A stretch of 64,000 nt of DNA. Origin: Candidatus Gottesmanbacteria bacterium. GTDB lineage: Bacteria > Patescibacteriota > Microgenomatia > JACOXO01. Both the position numbers and the translations under genes were made by a program. Of the stretch, positions 9,383 to 19,393 are shown piece by piece. Under the pieces are notes generated by a model. It saw only the letters and a program-made list of their open reading frames with translations, did no database searches and had not been told where the DNA came from. The DNA is taken from NCBI GenBank assembly GCA_016182365.1, contig JACOXO010000014.1:2294-66293 (forward strand), written 5' to 3'. Numbering within the stretch: the first letter of the stretch is position 1; each line of letters starts with the position of its first letter.

Positions 9383-9985
9383 ATGGACAATAATTTTGTG
9401 ATGCAGGGTTATGACAAAGTGGCGGAGAAATATCTTAAGAACAGAGATCAATTTAAGAGCATTAAATATTTAGATATCCTAATAAAAAGACTAAAACCTG
9501 GTGCTAAAATTATTGATCTTGGATGTGGAGTCGGAATTCCACTCGATAGATACCTAATAGACAAAGGATTTAAAGTAACAGGTATTGATATATCCACAAA
9601 ACAAATAGAATTAGCACGTCGAAATTGTCCCCAAGCTACATTTATAGTTAAAGATATGTCACAAATTAAAAATGGAGAATATCAGGTTGATGCCGTGATA
9701 TCTTTTTATGCGATATTTCATATTCAAAGAGAAAGTCATATTGAGATTTTTAAGAAAATAAATAGTTTTTTATCTTTAGGTGGTTTAATATTAATAACCA
9801 TGGGTTCTACGGAGTGGGAAGGTACGGAAACAAATTTTCATGGTACTTCAATGTACTGGAGCCACTACGATTCAAAGAAGAACAGAGAAATAATTGAAAG
9901 ATCTGGTTTCGATATTATTTTAGATGGAATTGATATATCAGGTGGTGAGAGGCATCAAGTTATACTTGCTAGAAAAATAAAATAA
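9383..9985 (+). CDS. Class I SAM-dependent methyltransferase
   Basis: IIDLGCGVG, GIDIS, AIFH motifs. Confidence 0.88.
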   Translation: MDNNFVMQGYDKVAEKYLKNRDQFKSIKYLDILIKRLKPGAKIIDLGCGVGIPLDRYLIDKGFKVTGIDISTKQIELARRNCPQATFIVKDMSQIKNGEYQVDAVISFYAIFHIQRESHIEIFKKINSFLSLGGLILITMGSTEWEGTETNFHGTSMYWSHYDSKKNREIIERSGFDIILDGIDISGGERHQVILARKIK

Positions 9986-9991
9986 AACGGA

Positions 9992-12691
9992 TTAGATTTC
10001 GGAAAGCAACTCTTTTATTATAAATATTTTTATCTCTGCTGCAAAGTAATTTTTATTTTGAATATCTATTTTCGCTTCATTTAAAAGTGAATTTGCTTTT
10101 AAGAAGGAATCAGCTTTTAATTCATTACCTTTAATTTTGAGTTTTACTTCAGCAGCTTTTATCAATCCCTCCAAACCTAGCAATTCTCCCTGAATACGGA
10201 CATTATTTGGGATTTCTTTAGAAAGTTTTTTAAATGTTTCATAAGCATTAGATAAATTAGTAATAGCTTCGTATGCTGTGTTTCTTGGGTAGGCAGTGGA
10301 TTGCTTTTTTGCAAAAGAGATAATGTGTTTAATAGCTGTAGGAATGGATTGCGCTGATTTTTTGTAATTGTTTTTATTTAAATTATTTTGTGATGATTTT
10401 ATTGAATGTGACGCTAATGTCAGTGACCAATGAGGATAATTGATTTTCAGTTTTTCGATAATCTCATACGCCTGATCTAAGTAAAAGCTTCCGTTTGTAT
10501 CAATTATGTAGCTTGTATTTAGTGTATTTGTATTTACAATAAGATTATAATTATCTGTTTGCCCGTTTTGGGTTGTATTTATTATCATTTTCCAGAAACT
10601 ATCAGTGTCAGTTGTGATGCCAGAATATAGTGTGTATATACCAGATCCTGTACCATTTACCTTTATAGAATAATTTCCTCCTATTACATTAGGAACAAAT
10701 ATATAGCCATCAGTGCTCGAAAAATTACCTGAAGGTCCGCTTATACTAAATTCTGCAGGAGATTGAATGGCCATAAATAAAGAAGGGAAAATATCCGCAG
10801 TTGGTTCGGGAGTAATAATCTCGTTAACATCAATATCAAGTTTATCAATAATTTCACCAATACCATCTTCTGTTGTTATTAATTCTCTGTGGTTTGCGTT
10901 TTCAATAACTGATGATGGATCAGCACTTCTTGTAGCGCTTTTGGCAAGCACAGTCTCATCGCCAAAATCCGAAAAGACTGTATTTGTTGGTTTGCCATCC
11001 TGCCATAAACCTAAAATATTTTCTATAAAATCGGGATTAGTAATTTCAAAGCCTTCTGGAGTTTCATTTTTGTGTCCGTATATTGCATAAAATTTATCAT
11101 AAATGTTAGGGAATCCATTTTCTTGTTGAGCAAGATAAGTATTTTGCTGAATAAGAGACGTTGCCGGAATTAGAAAATTTTGATTATTTCTTAAAAAATC
11201 GAAAGTAGGCAAAATATCTTGAGTTGATGGAACGATTTCTCTTATGACGTCTTTATCTGTTAAGTGTCCATTTCTATTTAGGTTGATGATTATATCAAGA
11301 GCAAGTCTTTCCCAAAAATTATTATTTTCTACAACCCCGCCTTCCCAAGCTTTATACGCCTGCACAGCTCCACTGTGTGGGCTTCCAACAGCAATGACCT
11401 CTTCTATATCATCTGTTGGGTAATTCTGAGTGTATGTTCTTGCTATGAGTCCTCCCAGGCTATGTCCTACCAATTTTATGTTCCCGTCAGGGTTTTTAGG
11501 GAGGACAGTATTCTGAATAAAGTTATTTAATTCTGATGAAGTATCCTCAATTCTATCTCGCCAGTCGTAGTTGAATATAAATAAGTTTTCTCCATTTATG
11601 TAACCAGCAGATTCCAGTGTGTCAATAAGTCCTTGGTAGTCGTTAATGAAAAGTGTCATTATCCATTCACTCTGAGGAGGATTTTCTCCGTGAATAATCG
11701 CATCACTATTCCAAGACCCAAATAAACCAGGAAGGAGGATAATTGGTTTAAGCGGCTCCTTTATTTCCCCACTCGTCGCCAAACCAATAGACCAGTCTGT
11801 ACCATTATTGCCTGTATAAAAAAGATAATCATTTAATAAATTATCAGAGTAAACTATTGAAGGTGATAAAACTCTTTGTGAATCAAACTTTCCAACCTCT
11901 GCAGTGATAATTAAATTATCTTCCGTTTTATTCCACTCTATGCCGTCACCTGATGTAGCATAGCCAATTGAGGGTGGGTCCCCAGCATGGTAGTAAATTT
12001 CGTATACGTTGTCTCGAAAGATTACTTTGCCAGATCCTAGGTTAGTACCTTCCCAAGGCTTCGTGGATTCTAAAACGGGGTTTGCATAATTTGTCCAGTC
12101 TGTTCCGTTTTCCGAGGTTGCGTAACCAATTTTCCATACTCCGTTTTGTTGTGCAGAGTACCACATTAAATAATTATCTCCTAATTTTATAACTGATGGT
12201 TGGACAAAAGTTCCTGAGGATTGCCATGTTTGATTAATATTAATTTCAATAGGATTAGTCCAACTAATCTCATCAACTGAATTACTAATTTTTATCACGT
12301 ATGACCCATCATTTTTTTGGACTGTAAGCCACATAATATAACCGCTATCGTTATGGATGACTGATGGATCTGAATAATGTATTTCTGTTGTTAAATTTGG
12401 ACTAAGAACAGGATTATTTTCATCATAAGCCCATGTAATGCCATCATCTGACCATGCGTATCCTATTCTTGTTGTGAAACCGTCAAAACCAGAGTACCAA
12501 AGTTTAAATTTACCTTCGTCATAAATTGCAAATGGTAAAAGAATTCCTTCACTATCCCATTCTCCAGAGGAACTTGAATATAATACAGGGTTATTTTCAT
12601 ATTTTTCCCAAGCTGCATAAACATTGTTTGGAATTAGATAAAAAAAGACACTAAAAAATAATAGTGAGAGTATAATACTATACTTTTTCAT
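9992..12691 (-). CDS. Secreted multidomain protein: glycosidase-like beta-propeller plus alpha/beta-hydrolase (LCAT/PGAP1-like)
   Basis: Signal peptide; repeated IGYA.S.DG..W and NPVL blades; LLPGLFGS, FNYDWR, GHSLGG nucleophile elbow, GSPHSG, GDETV. Confidence 0.75.
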   Translation of the reverse strand: MKKYSIILSLLFFSVFFYLIPNNVYAAWEKYENNPVLYSSSSGEWDSEGILLPFAIYDEGKFKLWYSGFDGFTTRIGYAWSDDGITWAYDENNPVLSPNLTTEIHYSDPSVIHNDSGYIMWLTVQKNDGSYVIKISNSVDEISWTNPIEININQTWQSSGTFVQPSVIKLGDNYLMWYSAQQNGVWKIGYATSENGTDWTNYANPVLESTKPWEGTNLGSGKVIFRDNVYEIYYHAGDPPSIGYATSGDGIEWNKTEDNLIITAEVGKFDSQRVLSPSIVYSDNLLNDYLFYTGNNGTDWSIGLATSGEIKEPLKPIILLPGLFGSWNSDAIIHGENPPQSEWIMTLFINDYQGLIDTLESAGYINGENLFIFNYDWRDRIEDTSSELNNFIQNTVLPKNPDGNIKLVGHSLGGLIARTYTQNYPTDDIEEVIAVGSPHSGAVQAYKAWEGGVVENNNFWERLALDIIINLNRNGHLTDKDVIREIVPSTQDILPTFDFLRNNQNFLIPATSLIQQNTYLAQQENGFPNIYDKFYAIYGHKNETPEGFEITNPDFIENILGLWQDGKPTNTVFSDFGDETVLAKSATRSADPSSVIENANHRELITTEDGIGEIIDKLDIDVNEIITPEPTADIFPSLFMAIQSPAEFSISGPSGNFSSTDGYIFVPNVIGGNYSIKVNGTGSGIYTLYSGITTDTDSFWKMIINTTQNGQTDNYNLIVNTNTLNTSYIIDTNGSFYLDQAYEIIEKLKINYPHWSLTLASHSIKSSQNNLNKNNYKKSAQSIPTAIKHIISFAKKQSTAYPRNTAYEAITNLSNAYETFKKLSKEIPNNVRIQGELLGLEGLIKAAEVKLKIKGNELKADSFLKANSLLNEAKIDIQNKNYFAAEIKIFIIKELLSEI

Positions 12692-12779
12692 GTATTTGGG
12701 TAAAGCATATTAAAGTTAGAATAATTGTCAATAGATGCAAATGGTGTTAAACTGCATCAGTTTTTGTTTATTTTTTTAC

Positions 12780-13682
12780 ATGAATAACATATCTGTAGTA
12801 ATCCATACTTATAATTCTGCGAGTACATTAAGAAATTGCTTAAATTCAGTTAAATGGACGAATGAAATTATTATTATTGATATGGGTTCAGTAGATGAGA
12901 CATTAAAAATAGCAAAAAAATATAAATCAAAAATATACTTTTTTAAATATACCGGTTACGTTGAGCCAGCTAGAAATTTTGGGATATCTAAAGTCAAAAA
13001 TAAATGGGTTTTAATATTAGATTCAGATGAAACTATTTCTGTTAAATTAAAGTCCAAATTAATTGAGATTTCTAAACAAGATCGAATTGATTTTGTATTA
13101 ATTCCTAGAAAAAATATTATTTTTAATAAATGGATTAAGTATACAGGATGGTGGCCAGATCATAAAATAAGATTTTTTAAAAAAAGTTCTGTAAGGTGGA
13201 CTAGACAAATTCATGATGTACCATCTACGATTGGTAAGAGTCTTCTCCTTCCACCTCATGAGGCATATTCAATTCATCACGAAAATTATCAATCTATCTC
13301 GCAATTTATTGAAAGGTTAAATCGTTATACAAATATTGAGTCAAGGAAAATACTAAAAAATGGTGAAAATGTAGACACGTATACTCCTTTCAGAAAAGCT
13401 AGTAAAGAATTTATTCAAAGGTTTTATATGAGTGAGGGTTATAAAGATGGCTTTATAGGATTATTATTAAGTGTTTTAATGTCATTTTATCAATTTATAG
13501 CATATGCAAAGGTTCTCGAAAATAAAAAAAGGTTAAATGAACAGTCTAATTCTTTAAATTTAATTATTAATGTAATAATATTAGAAGGGTTAAGAGTTGT
13601 TTCTTGGAATTTTATAAATTTACCTTTATTAAAACTTGCAAGGACATTTAAAAGAAAAATAAAACAGTATGGATATATATAA
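12780..13682 (+). CDS. Glycosyltransferase family 2
   Basis: ISVVIHTYN, IDMGSVD, LDSDE, WWPD; start set to ATG 12780. Confidence 0.88.
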   Translation: MNNISVVIHTYNSASTLRNCLNSVKWTNEIIIIDMGSVDETLKIAKKYKSKIYFFKYTGYVEPARNFGISKVKNKWVLILDSDETISVKLKSKLIEISKQDRIDFVLIPRKNIIFNKWIKYTGWWPDHKIRFFKKSSVRWTRQIHDVPSTIGKSLLLPPHEAYSIHHENYQSISQFIERLNRYTNIESRKILKNGENVDTYTPFRKASKEFIQRFYMSEGYKDGFIGLLLSVLMSFYQFIAYAKVLENKKRLNEQSNSLNLIINVIILEGLRVVSWNFINLPLLKLARTFKRKIKQYGYI

Positions 13683-14136
13683 AAATAAGATTAAAGATTT
13701 AATCATAAACCCTCTTACAACTAGAGTAGACGATCGGGGGTATTTGATAGAAATAATTCGGGCGACCGACCCTTTTCTTAAAAAATTTGGTCAGGTTTAT
13801 GTTGTTGGAAGTACTTCAAAAGGTACTATCCGTGCTTTCCATAAACATAAAAAATTATGGGATTATTTTTATATTACTCAAGGCAGCGCAAAATACGCTT
13901 TTTATGATGACAGAAAAAATAGTAAGACTTACAAAAAAATGGAAACTTTTATTTTAACGCAAAGAAACCCGTCTTTAATTATAGTACCACCTGGAGTTTA
14001 TCATGGTTGGATGGCTCTTGAAGACAATACAATATTGATTTCAACTGCTTCAGAAGTATACAACCGAGAAAAACCTGATGAGGTACGCGTACCATATAAT
14101 TCTTTTGGGTACGACTGGAGTATTAAATTCAAATAG
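13669..14136 (+). CDS. dTDP-4-dehydrorhamnose 3,5-epimerase-like cupin
   Basis: DDRGYL.E, IRAFHKH, DDRKNS.TY, VPPGVYHG. Confidence 0.8.
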   Translation: MDIYKNKIKDLIINPLTTRVDDRGYLIEIIRATDPFLKKFGQVYVVGSTSKGTIRAFHKHKKLWDYFYITQGSAKYAFYDDRKNSKTYKKMETFILTQRNPSLIIVPPGVYHGWMALEDNTILISTASEVYNREKPDEVRVPYNSFGYDWSIKFK

Positions 14137-14138
14137 TC

Positions 14139-14184
14139 CACCTCGGAGGAGTCCCCGCCCGAGGCGGGGCCACCGTCCGAGGTG
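14139..14184. repeat. Nested hairpin repeat
   Basis: Outer CACCTCGGA...TCCGAGGTG enclosing CCCCGCC-CGA-GGCGGGG (14153-14169); GC-rich island in an AT-rich operon. Confidence 0.85.
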
Positions 14185-14186
14185 TT

Positions 14187-15200
14187 TTGAAAATTCAGAT
14201 GATACTTATTACAGGTGGAGCTGGTTATATTGGTTCTGTTTTAGTTAAACATCTCCTTAACCAAAATTATAAAGTAAGAGTTATTGACAGCTTTTGGTTT
14301 GGAAAAGAATCTCTTGCGGAATATAAAAATAAAATTGAGATAGTTGAGGGAGATATAAGAAATCCTCCGAAAGATATTTTTAAAAACATCGATTCTGTTA
14401 TCCATCTTGCTGGTTTTTCCAACGACCCTACAGCAAATTTTGACACGAAAACTAATTTTGAAATTAACACATACGCTACCTTATCTTTTGCAAAACAAGC
14501 AAAAAGTAAAGGAGTTAAACAATTTATTTTTGGTTCATCTTGCTCAATTTATGATCAGGGATTTACAAGTAAAATCAAAACACTCAGAGAAAGTGATAAA
14601 GTTTTTCCGAAATCTGCCTACTCACTTTCCAAATATCAAGCAGAACAAGGATTACTTGATTTGGCTAGTAATAAATTCTGTGTTGTTGTGGTTAGAAAGG
14701 GGACAGTTTATGGTTATAGCAGTAGAATGAGATATGATCTTGTAATCAATACAATGGTTAAAGATGCTTTGTCATATGGCAAAATTAACGTTTTAGCAGG
14801 TGGTGTACAATTCAGACCATTAATATCTGTTGACGATGTGGCCAGAGGTTACATTTTATTCTTAAAGCAAAACAGCTCAAAATTAAACAAGAATATTTTT
14901 AATCTTCTTTCCAATAATTTCAGAATTATTGATGTGGCTAAGATAGTCAAAAAAAGCTTAAAAAAGTATAGGAACGTTAGTATTAGCGTATCTGATGTTT
15001 TTATTGAAACCAGAAACTATAAAGTGTCGAATAAAAAAATTAAAAAATATTTAAATTTCAAACCAGTTGACAACATAGAGTCGATTGCAAAAGATATGAT
15101 TAAGAAAATTTATAAATTCAAAAAGACTGATTTTGATAACTTTAACTATTATAATATTGAATGGATGAAAAGAATGTATGAAAAACAACAAAGGCTTTAA
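14187..15200 (+). CDS. NAD-dependent epimerase/dehydratase (extended SDR)
   Basis: TGGAGYIG, SSCSIY, YSLSK, MRYDL; start may be ATG 14199. Confidence 0.9.
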   Translation: MKIQMILITGGAGYIGSVLVKHLLNQNYKVRVIDSFWFGKESLAEYKNKIEIVEGDIRNPPKDIFKNIDSVIHLAGFSNDPTANFDTKTNFEINTYATLSFAKQAKSKGVKQFIFGSSCSIYDQGFTSKIKTLRESDKVFPKSAYSLSKYQAEQGLLDLASNKFCVVVVRKGTVYGYSSRMRYDLVINTMVKDALSYGKINVLAGGVQFRPLISVDDVARGYILFLKQNSSKLNKNIFNLLSNNFRIIDVAKIVKKSLKKYRNVSISVSDVFIETRNYKVSNKKIKKYLNFKPVDNIESIAKDMIKKIYKFKKTDFDNFNYYNIEWMKRMYEKQQRL

Positions 15201-16041
15201 ATCAAAACCTGTTGTATCAATTATTATTTTAACCTGCAACTCATATATATTAGCAAATCAATGCATTGATCTCGTTAAAAAACTAACTTCAAAAAATTAC
15301 CACAAAAATATAATTGTTGTTGATAATGGATCTAAGGGAGACATAGTCAAAAAACTGGCACAAGAATATCCGGAAATAATGATTGTTGACAACAAAGTTA
15401 ACTATGGTTTTTCAAAAGGTATAAACTATGGGATAAAACTTGCACTTGATTTAAAATCAAATTATATTTTTTTACTCAACGACGACACGATATTCGACAG
15501 TTTTTTAATGGATAGGCTTATAGAAAAAGCAGAAAATAATAAATACCTAATATGTGGACCTCAAGTACTAACAAAAGAAGGTTTTGTTTGGTCTAATGGG
15601 GGGATGATAGATAAAAAACGTTTTAGTGGTTCATTAGTAGATTACGGAGAAAAGCCGTCCAGCGACAATAAAGAAAAAACAGTTAATTTTATTTCAGGTA
15701 CGGCAATGTTAGTCAAAACTTCCGTTTTTAATAAAATTGGTTTTTTGGATGAAGATTATTTTTTATATTACGACGACGCTGATTTTTGTTTTAGAGCCCA
15801 AAAAGCAGGAATACAATCAATAATCATTCCATCTATAAAATTAATTCATTTAGAGACGGTTACAATTGGGAAAAATTCGCCATCACACTATTATCACGCT
15901 GCAAAAAGCAGATTAATATTCTTATTTAAACATGCTCCATATTGGCTAAAAATAAGAGAGATTATGAGATTGCCAAAATCTATTTTAGAGTCGAGAAAAC
16001 CTGAATTGCAAGCTTATTTTGATTTCTTTTTTAAATTATGA
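15178..16041 (+). CDS. Glycosyltransferase family 2 (rhamnosyltransferase-like)
   Basis: VVDNGS, NYGFSKG.N, LLNDD, FLYYDDADFC. Confidence 0.88.
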   Translation: MKNNKGFKSKPVVSIIILTCNSYILANQCIDLVKKLTSKNYHKNIIVVDNGSKGDIVKKLAQEYPEIMIVDNKVNYGFSKGINYGIKLALDLKSNYIFLLNDDTIFDSFLMDRLIEKAENNKYLICGPQVLTKEGFVWSNGGMIDKKRFSGSLVDYGEKPSSDNKEKTVNFISGTAMLVKTSVFNKIGFLDEDYFLYYDDADFCFRAQKAGIQSIIIPSIKLIHLETVTIGKNSPSHYYHAAKSRLIFLFKHAPYWLKIREIMRLPKSILESRKPELQAYFDFFFKL

Positions 16042-17150
16042 AAATTGGTGTTGATGCAGGTTGTTTGGGAATACCAGATGAGCGGCTTAAAGTAGGTGTA
16101 TATCAAATGGCTGTTGGACTTCTTAGGGCGTTGGGAAAAATTGACAAAAAGAACAATTATATTTTATATAGCTTTATTCCAATTAATAAGTATCTTTTAA
16201 AATCATTTGGTAACAATTTCTACAATAAGGTAATTAAACCATCATTTCTCTGGTCATCTATCTGGTTGCCTTTAGCGGTCAATCTTGACAACCTAGACGT
16301 CTTTATAGGTTTATCTCAAAATTTACCTATGTTATCTCAGAGTACTAAAAGTTTTGTTATAGTACATGATCTTACTTTTGAAAAATACCCTTCATTTTTT
16401 CCCGATTCCTATAACCAGTTGCATAGAATTACCCAATATTCTATAAAATCAGCCGATAAAGTAATAGCAGTGTCAAATGCAACAAAGACAGATATCGTCA
16501 AATATTATCCAAATGCAATTAATAAAACACAAGTAATTTATTCCGGCTTTGAAGACCGTTTTAATGCTAAAGGCGTTAATATAAGTAAAGAATTGCTAAA
16601 AATGAGAATAAATAAACCATTTTTTCTTTTTGTTGGAACTTATAAACAAAGCAAGAACATTCCTAACTTAATAAAGGCATTCACGCTCTTTTCAAGTAAA
16701 GATAATAAATATAATTTAGTAATTGTTGGCAGTAACTTTTGGATGGATAAATCTATTTTAAAAGCAATTGACGAATCTAGTTATAAAAAAAGAATAAAAA
16801 TGTTAGGCTTTGTATCTGACAAAGATTTACACACACTTTATAAAAGCGCTGCAGCATTTGTTTCTCCAGCGTTTAACGAAGGTTTTGGTCTGACTTATTT
16901 AGAGGCAGCTTTATTCAAGCTGCCAATAATAGCTTCAAAAACAGGTTCGATATTTGAAATATTTCAAAATTCCGTTCTTTACAGCCAGCCTTCAAATATA
17001 AAATCTATAGCTAGTGCAATGGATAAAATCGCAAAAGATAAGATTTTGAGAAAGAAACTTGCAGGGAGTGCTTATATAAAAAGCAAATCCTTCAGATGGG
17101 AAAAGAGTGCCAGAGAATTATTAAAAGTTATTTCAACTAGTGAGCAATAA
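16038..17150 (+). CDS. Glycosyltransferase family 4
   Basis: VHDL, AVSNAT, KNIPNL, EGFGLTYLEA. Confidence 0.9.
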   Translation: MKIGVDAGCLGIPDERLKVGVYQMAVGLLRALGKIDKKNNYILYSFIPINKYLLKSFGNNFYNKVIKPSFLWSSIWLPLAVNLDNLDVFIGLSQNLPMLSQSTKSFVIVHDLTFEKYPSFFPDSYNQLHRITQYSIKSADKVIAVSNATKTDIVKYYPNAINKTQVIYSGFEDRFNAKGVNISKELLKMRINKPFFLFVGTYKQSKNIPNLIKAFTLFSSKDNKYNLVIVGSNFWMDKSILKAIDESSYKKRIKMLGFVSDKDLHTLYKSAAAFVSPAFNEGFGLTYLEAALFKLPIIASKTGSIFEIFQNSVLYSQPSNIKSIASAMDKIAKDKILRKKLAGSAYIKSKSFRWEKSARELLKVISTSEQ

Positions 17151-17835
17151 ATATCCATACACTAATTTTAATAATGACCCTTATCATACGCATCAAAAAC
17201 TTCTTGAAAAAGTTCGTCATGGATCAAAAGTACTTGAAATAGGTTGTGCAACTGGCTACTTTACTAGTGAGCTTCTTAGAAAGGGCTGCATTGTAACCCC
17301 AGTTGAAATTAATAAGGATTATGCCAGAATTGCCCAAGAACAGACTGGTATCAAAGTAATATCTGCTGACGTTTTGAAAATTGACAAATATATAAACGTA
17401 AGAAATAAGTATGATTATATTTTGTTGGCTGATGTATTAGAACATACCAGCGATCCATTTTTAGCATTGACTAAACTGGCAAATTATCTTGGTAAACAAG
17501 GTAAATTTATTATTTCAATACCAAATATTGCTAACTTTTCAATCAGATTAATGCTTCTTTTTGGCCATTTCGATTACCAGGATTGGGGGATTATGGATAG
17601 AACACACAAATATTTCTTTACCCATGCCTCAGCTAAAAAGCTGTTTGACATGGCACAACTTTCAGTATCTGATTTCGATGTTGTATCTGGGTTTGAAACA
17701 TCAAAATTGTATAAGAAAACCATTGGCCCAATTATTTTCAGAATAAACATCCTTAGAAATTTAGAATACTTAATTGCAAAGTCATTTCCAAATCTCTATG
17801 CCCTGGAGTTTATTTATGAACTTTCTAAGAAATAA
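17140..17835 (+). CDS. Class I SAM-dependent methyltransferase
   Basis: VLEIGCATG, ADVLEH, SIPN, GIMDRTH. Confidence 0.88.
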   Translation: MSNKYPYTNFNNDPYHTHQKLLEKVRHGSKVLEIGCATGYFTSELLRKGCIVTPVEINKDYARIAQEQTGIKVISADVLKIDKYINVRNKYDYILLADVLEHTSDPFLALTKLANYLGKQGKFIISIPNIANFSIRLMLLFGHFDYQDWGIMDRTHKYFFTHASAKKLFDMAQLSVSDFDVVSGFETSKLYKKTIGPIIFRINILRNLEYLIAKSFPNLYALEFIYELSKK

Positions 17836-19393
17836 AATATTTATTATTTTTATTCTTGCCTCTATCGGTTTATGGTTTATAGGTATCAATGATCCATTTG
17901 TGGGGGCATATAGTGCAAATCTTAATTATTTTACATTGGCAGCTAAAAACTTTGCTAGGATTGGATATTTGAAACTCGGTTTTGTGCCTACTTACTATGC
18001 CGGAGAAGTAAGTGAATACGTCAGTCAACCATATCTTCATCATCCTGTATCGTATTTTACACTAGTATCGATTCCGTTTTTAATATTCGGATTTCACAAC
18101 TGGATTGCTTCAATTACACCTGTAATTTTTTCCCTTTTTAGTCTTATATTTTTATATAAAATTTGCAAAACTTTGTGGAATGAAAAAACTGCATTACTGG
18201 CTGTTTTTCTATTCTCAGTTTTTCCTATGTCTGCCGTTTTTAATAAGCAGACAATATTTGAACCAGCTGTTACGGCTGTGCTATTAAGTTCGTATTATTT
18301 CTACATTAAATATTTAAAAAGCGGACGATGGAGAAATCTAATTTTATTCTTTCTATCTAGTTTATTGTCTATTTTAATTGATTGGGGAGGAGTTTACTTT
18401 ATTTTTCCATTAGTTATTTTATTCCCATTTCTTAACCCTAATAATAGATCTGCAAAAGCTGTAAAAATCTATGTTTTAGCAGCGTGTTTAGGAATAATGG
18501 TATTTATTTTGCAAGTTTTATACTGGAGGGGTGGGTTTGAAGATTTAATTTCGGCGGTTTGGGTGAGACAAGTTGATAGTGAATTATTTTCAGGGGAATA
18601 TCCAATACTTAGATACATTTTGACTGTAGTTTTTAGAATTTTGATATATTTTACTCCGTTTTCAATTTTGGTGTTAGTCTTATTAAAGCAACATATTCAA
18701 GAGTTTTTTAAAAAAAAGGAGCTGTCATTACAATCATATACAATTTTCTTCTTTTTAATTTTTGGACTGGTTAATTTTATTATTCTTCCAACAGCTACGT
18801 TTGGGCACATTTATTTTCTTATTTATCTGACTCCATTTTTCTCTATCTCACTAAGTTTAATTCTACTTACCAGGTTTGGAAAATCAGATACTTTAATTTA
18901 CTTTATAATGACACTAATCCTTATTCTAAGCAGTGTAGTTGTTTATAGTAAGTGGCAGCAGGTGAATAAGCAGATATATAAATATGATGCTGGCCTAAAA
19001 ATAAATCAGCAACTTAAGCCTTTCCAAACTGTTGCAGTATATGAGTACCCGGGAGATATGTTGGAGCAATATTTTTTTCATCCCACAGTAAATATGACCA
19101 GTTTTATTGACCTTATTGATTATCTTGATGAGGACTTGGAAAAGGATAGGGTTGCGATTTATTCCTGTTGGGGCACGTGTTCTTCTGAGGAAATGGAATT
19201 TATTTCCAACATTCACTATCATAAAATCCAATTTGCTAAAGATATTTGGCTGATAACTAGCGATATTCAAGATGTTAGTTTATATGATTCCCAAAATAAA
19301 GCAGCTATTGAAGAAAATAGTTTGGAATCAGCGACTAGTTTTATAAACTATTATAGGTATATTAGAGATTTTCTTAGGGTAGGGCAGTTATGA
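17816..19393 (+). CDS. GT-C fold membrane glycosyltransferase (ArnT/PMT-like)
   Basis: Many transmembrane helices, YLHHP loop motif, located in a glycosyltransferase cluster; start set to ATG 17816. Confidence 0.7.
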   Translation: MNFLRNKIFIIFILASIGLWFIGINDPFVGAYSANLNYFTLAAKNFARIGYLKLGFVPTYYAGEVSEYVSQPYLHHPVSYFTLVSIPFLIFGFHNWIASITPVIFSLFSLIFLYKICKTLWNEKTALLAVFLFSVFPMSAVFNKQTIFEPAVTAVLLSSYYFYIKYLKSGRWRNLILFFLSSLLSILIDWGGVYFIFPLVILFPFLNPNNRSAKAVKIYVLAACLGIMVFILQVLYWRGGFEDLISAVWVRQVDSELFSGEYPILRYILTVVFRILIYFTPFSILVLVLLKQHIQEFFKKKELSLQSYTIFFFLIFGLVNFIILPTATFGHIYFLIYLTPFFSISLSLILLTRFGKSDTLIYFIMTLILILSSVVVYSKWQQVNKQIYKYDAGLKINQQLKPFQTVAVYEYPGDMLEQYFFHPTVNMTSFIDLIDYLDEDLEKDRVAIYSCWGTCSSEEMEFISNIHYHKIQFAKDIWLITSDIQDVSLYDSQNKAAIEENSLESATSFINYYRYIRDFLRVGQL

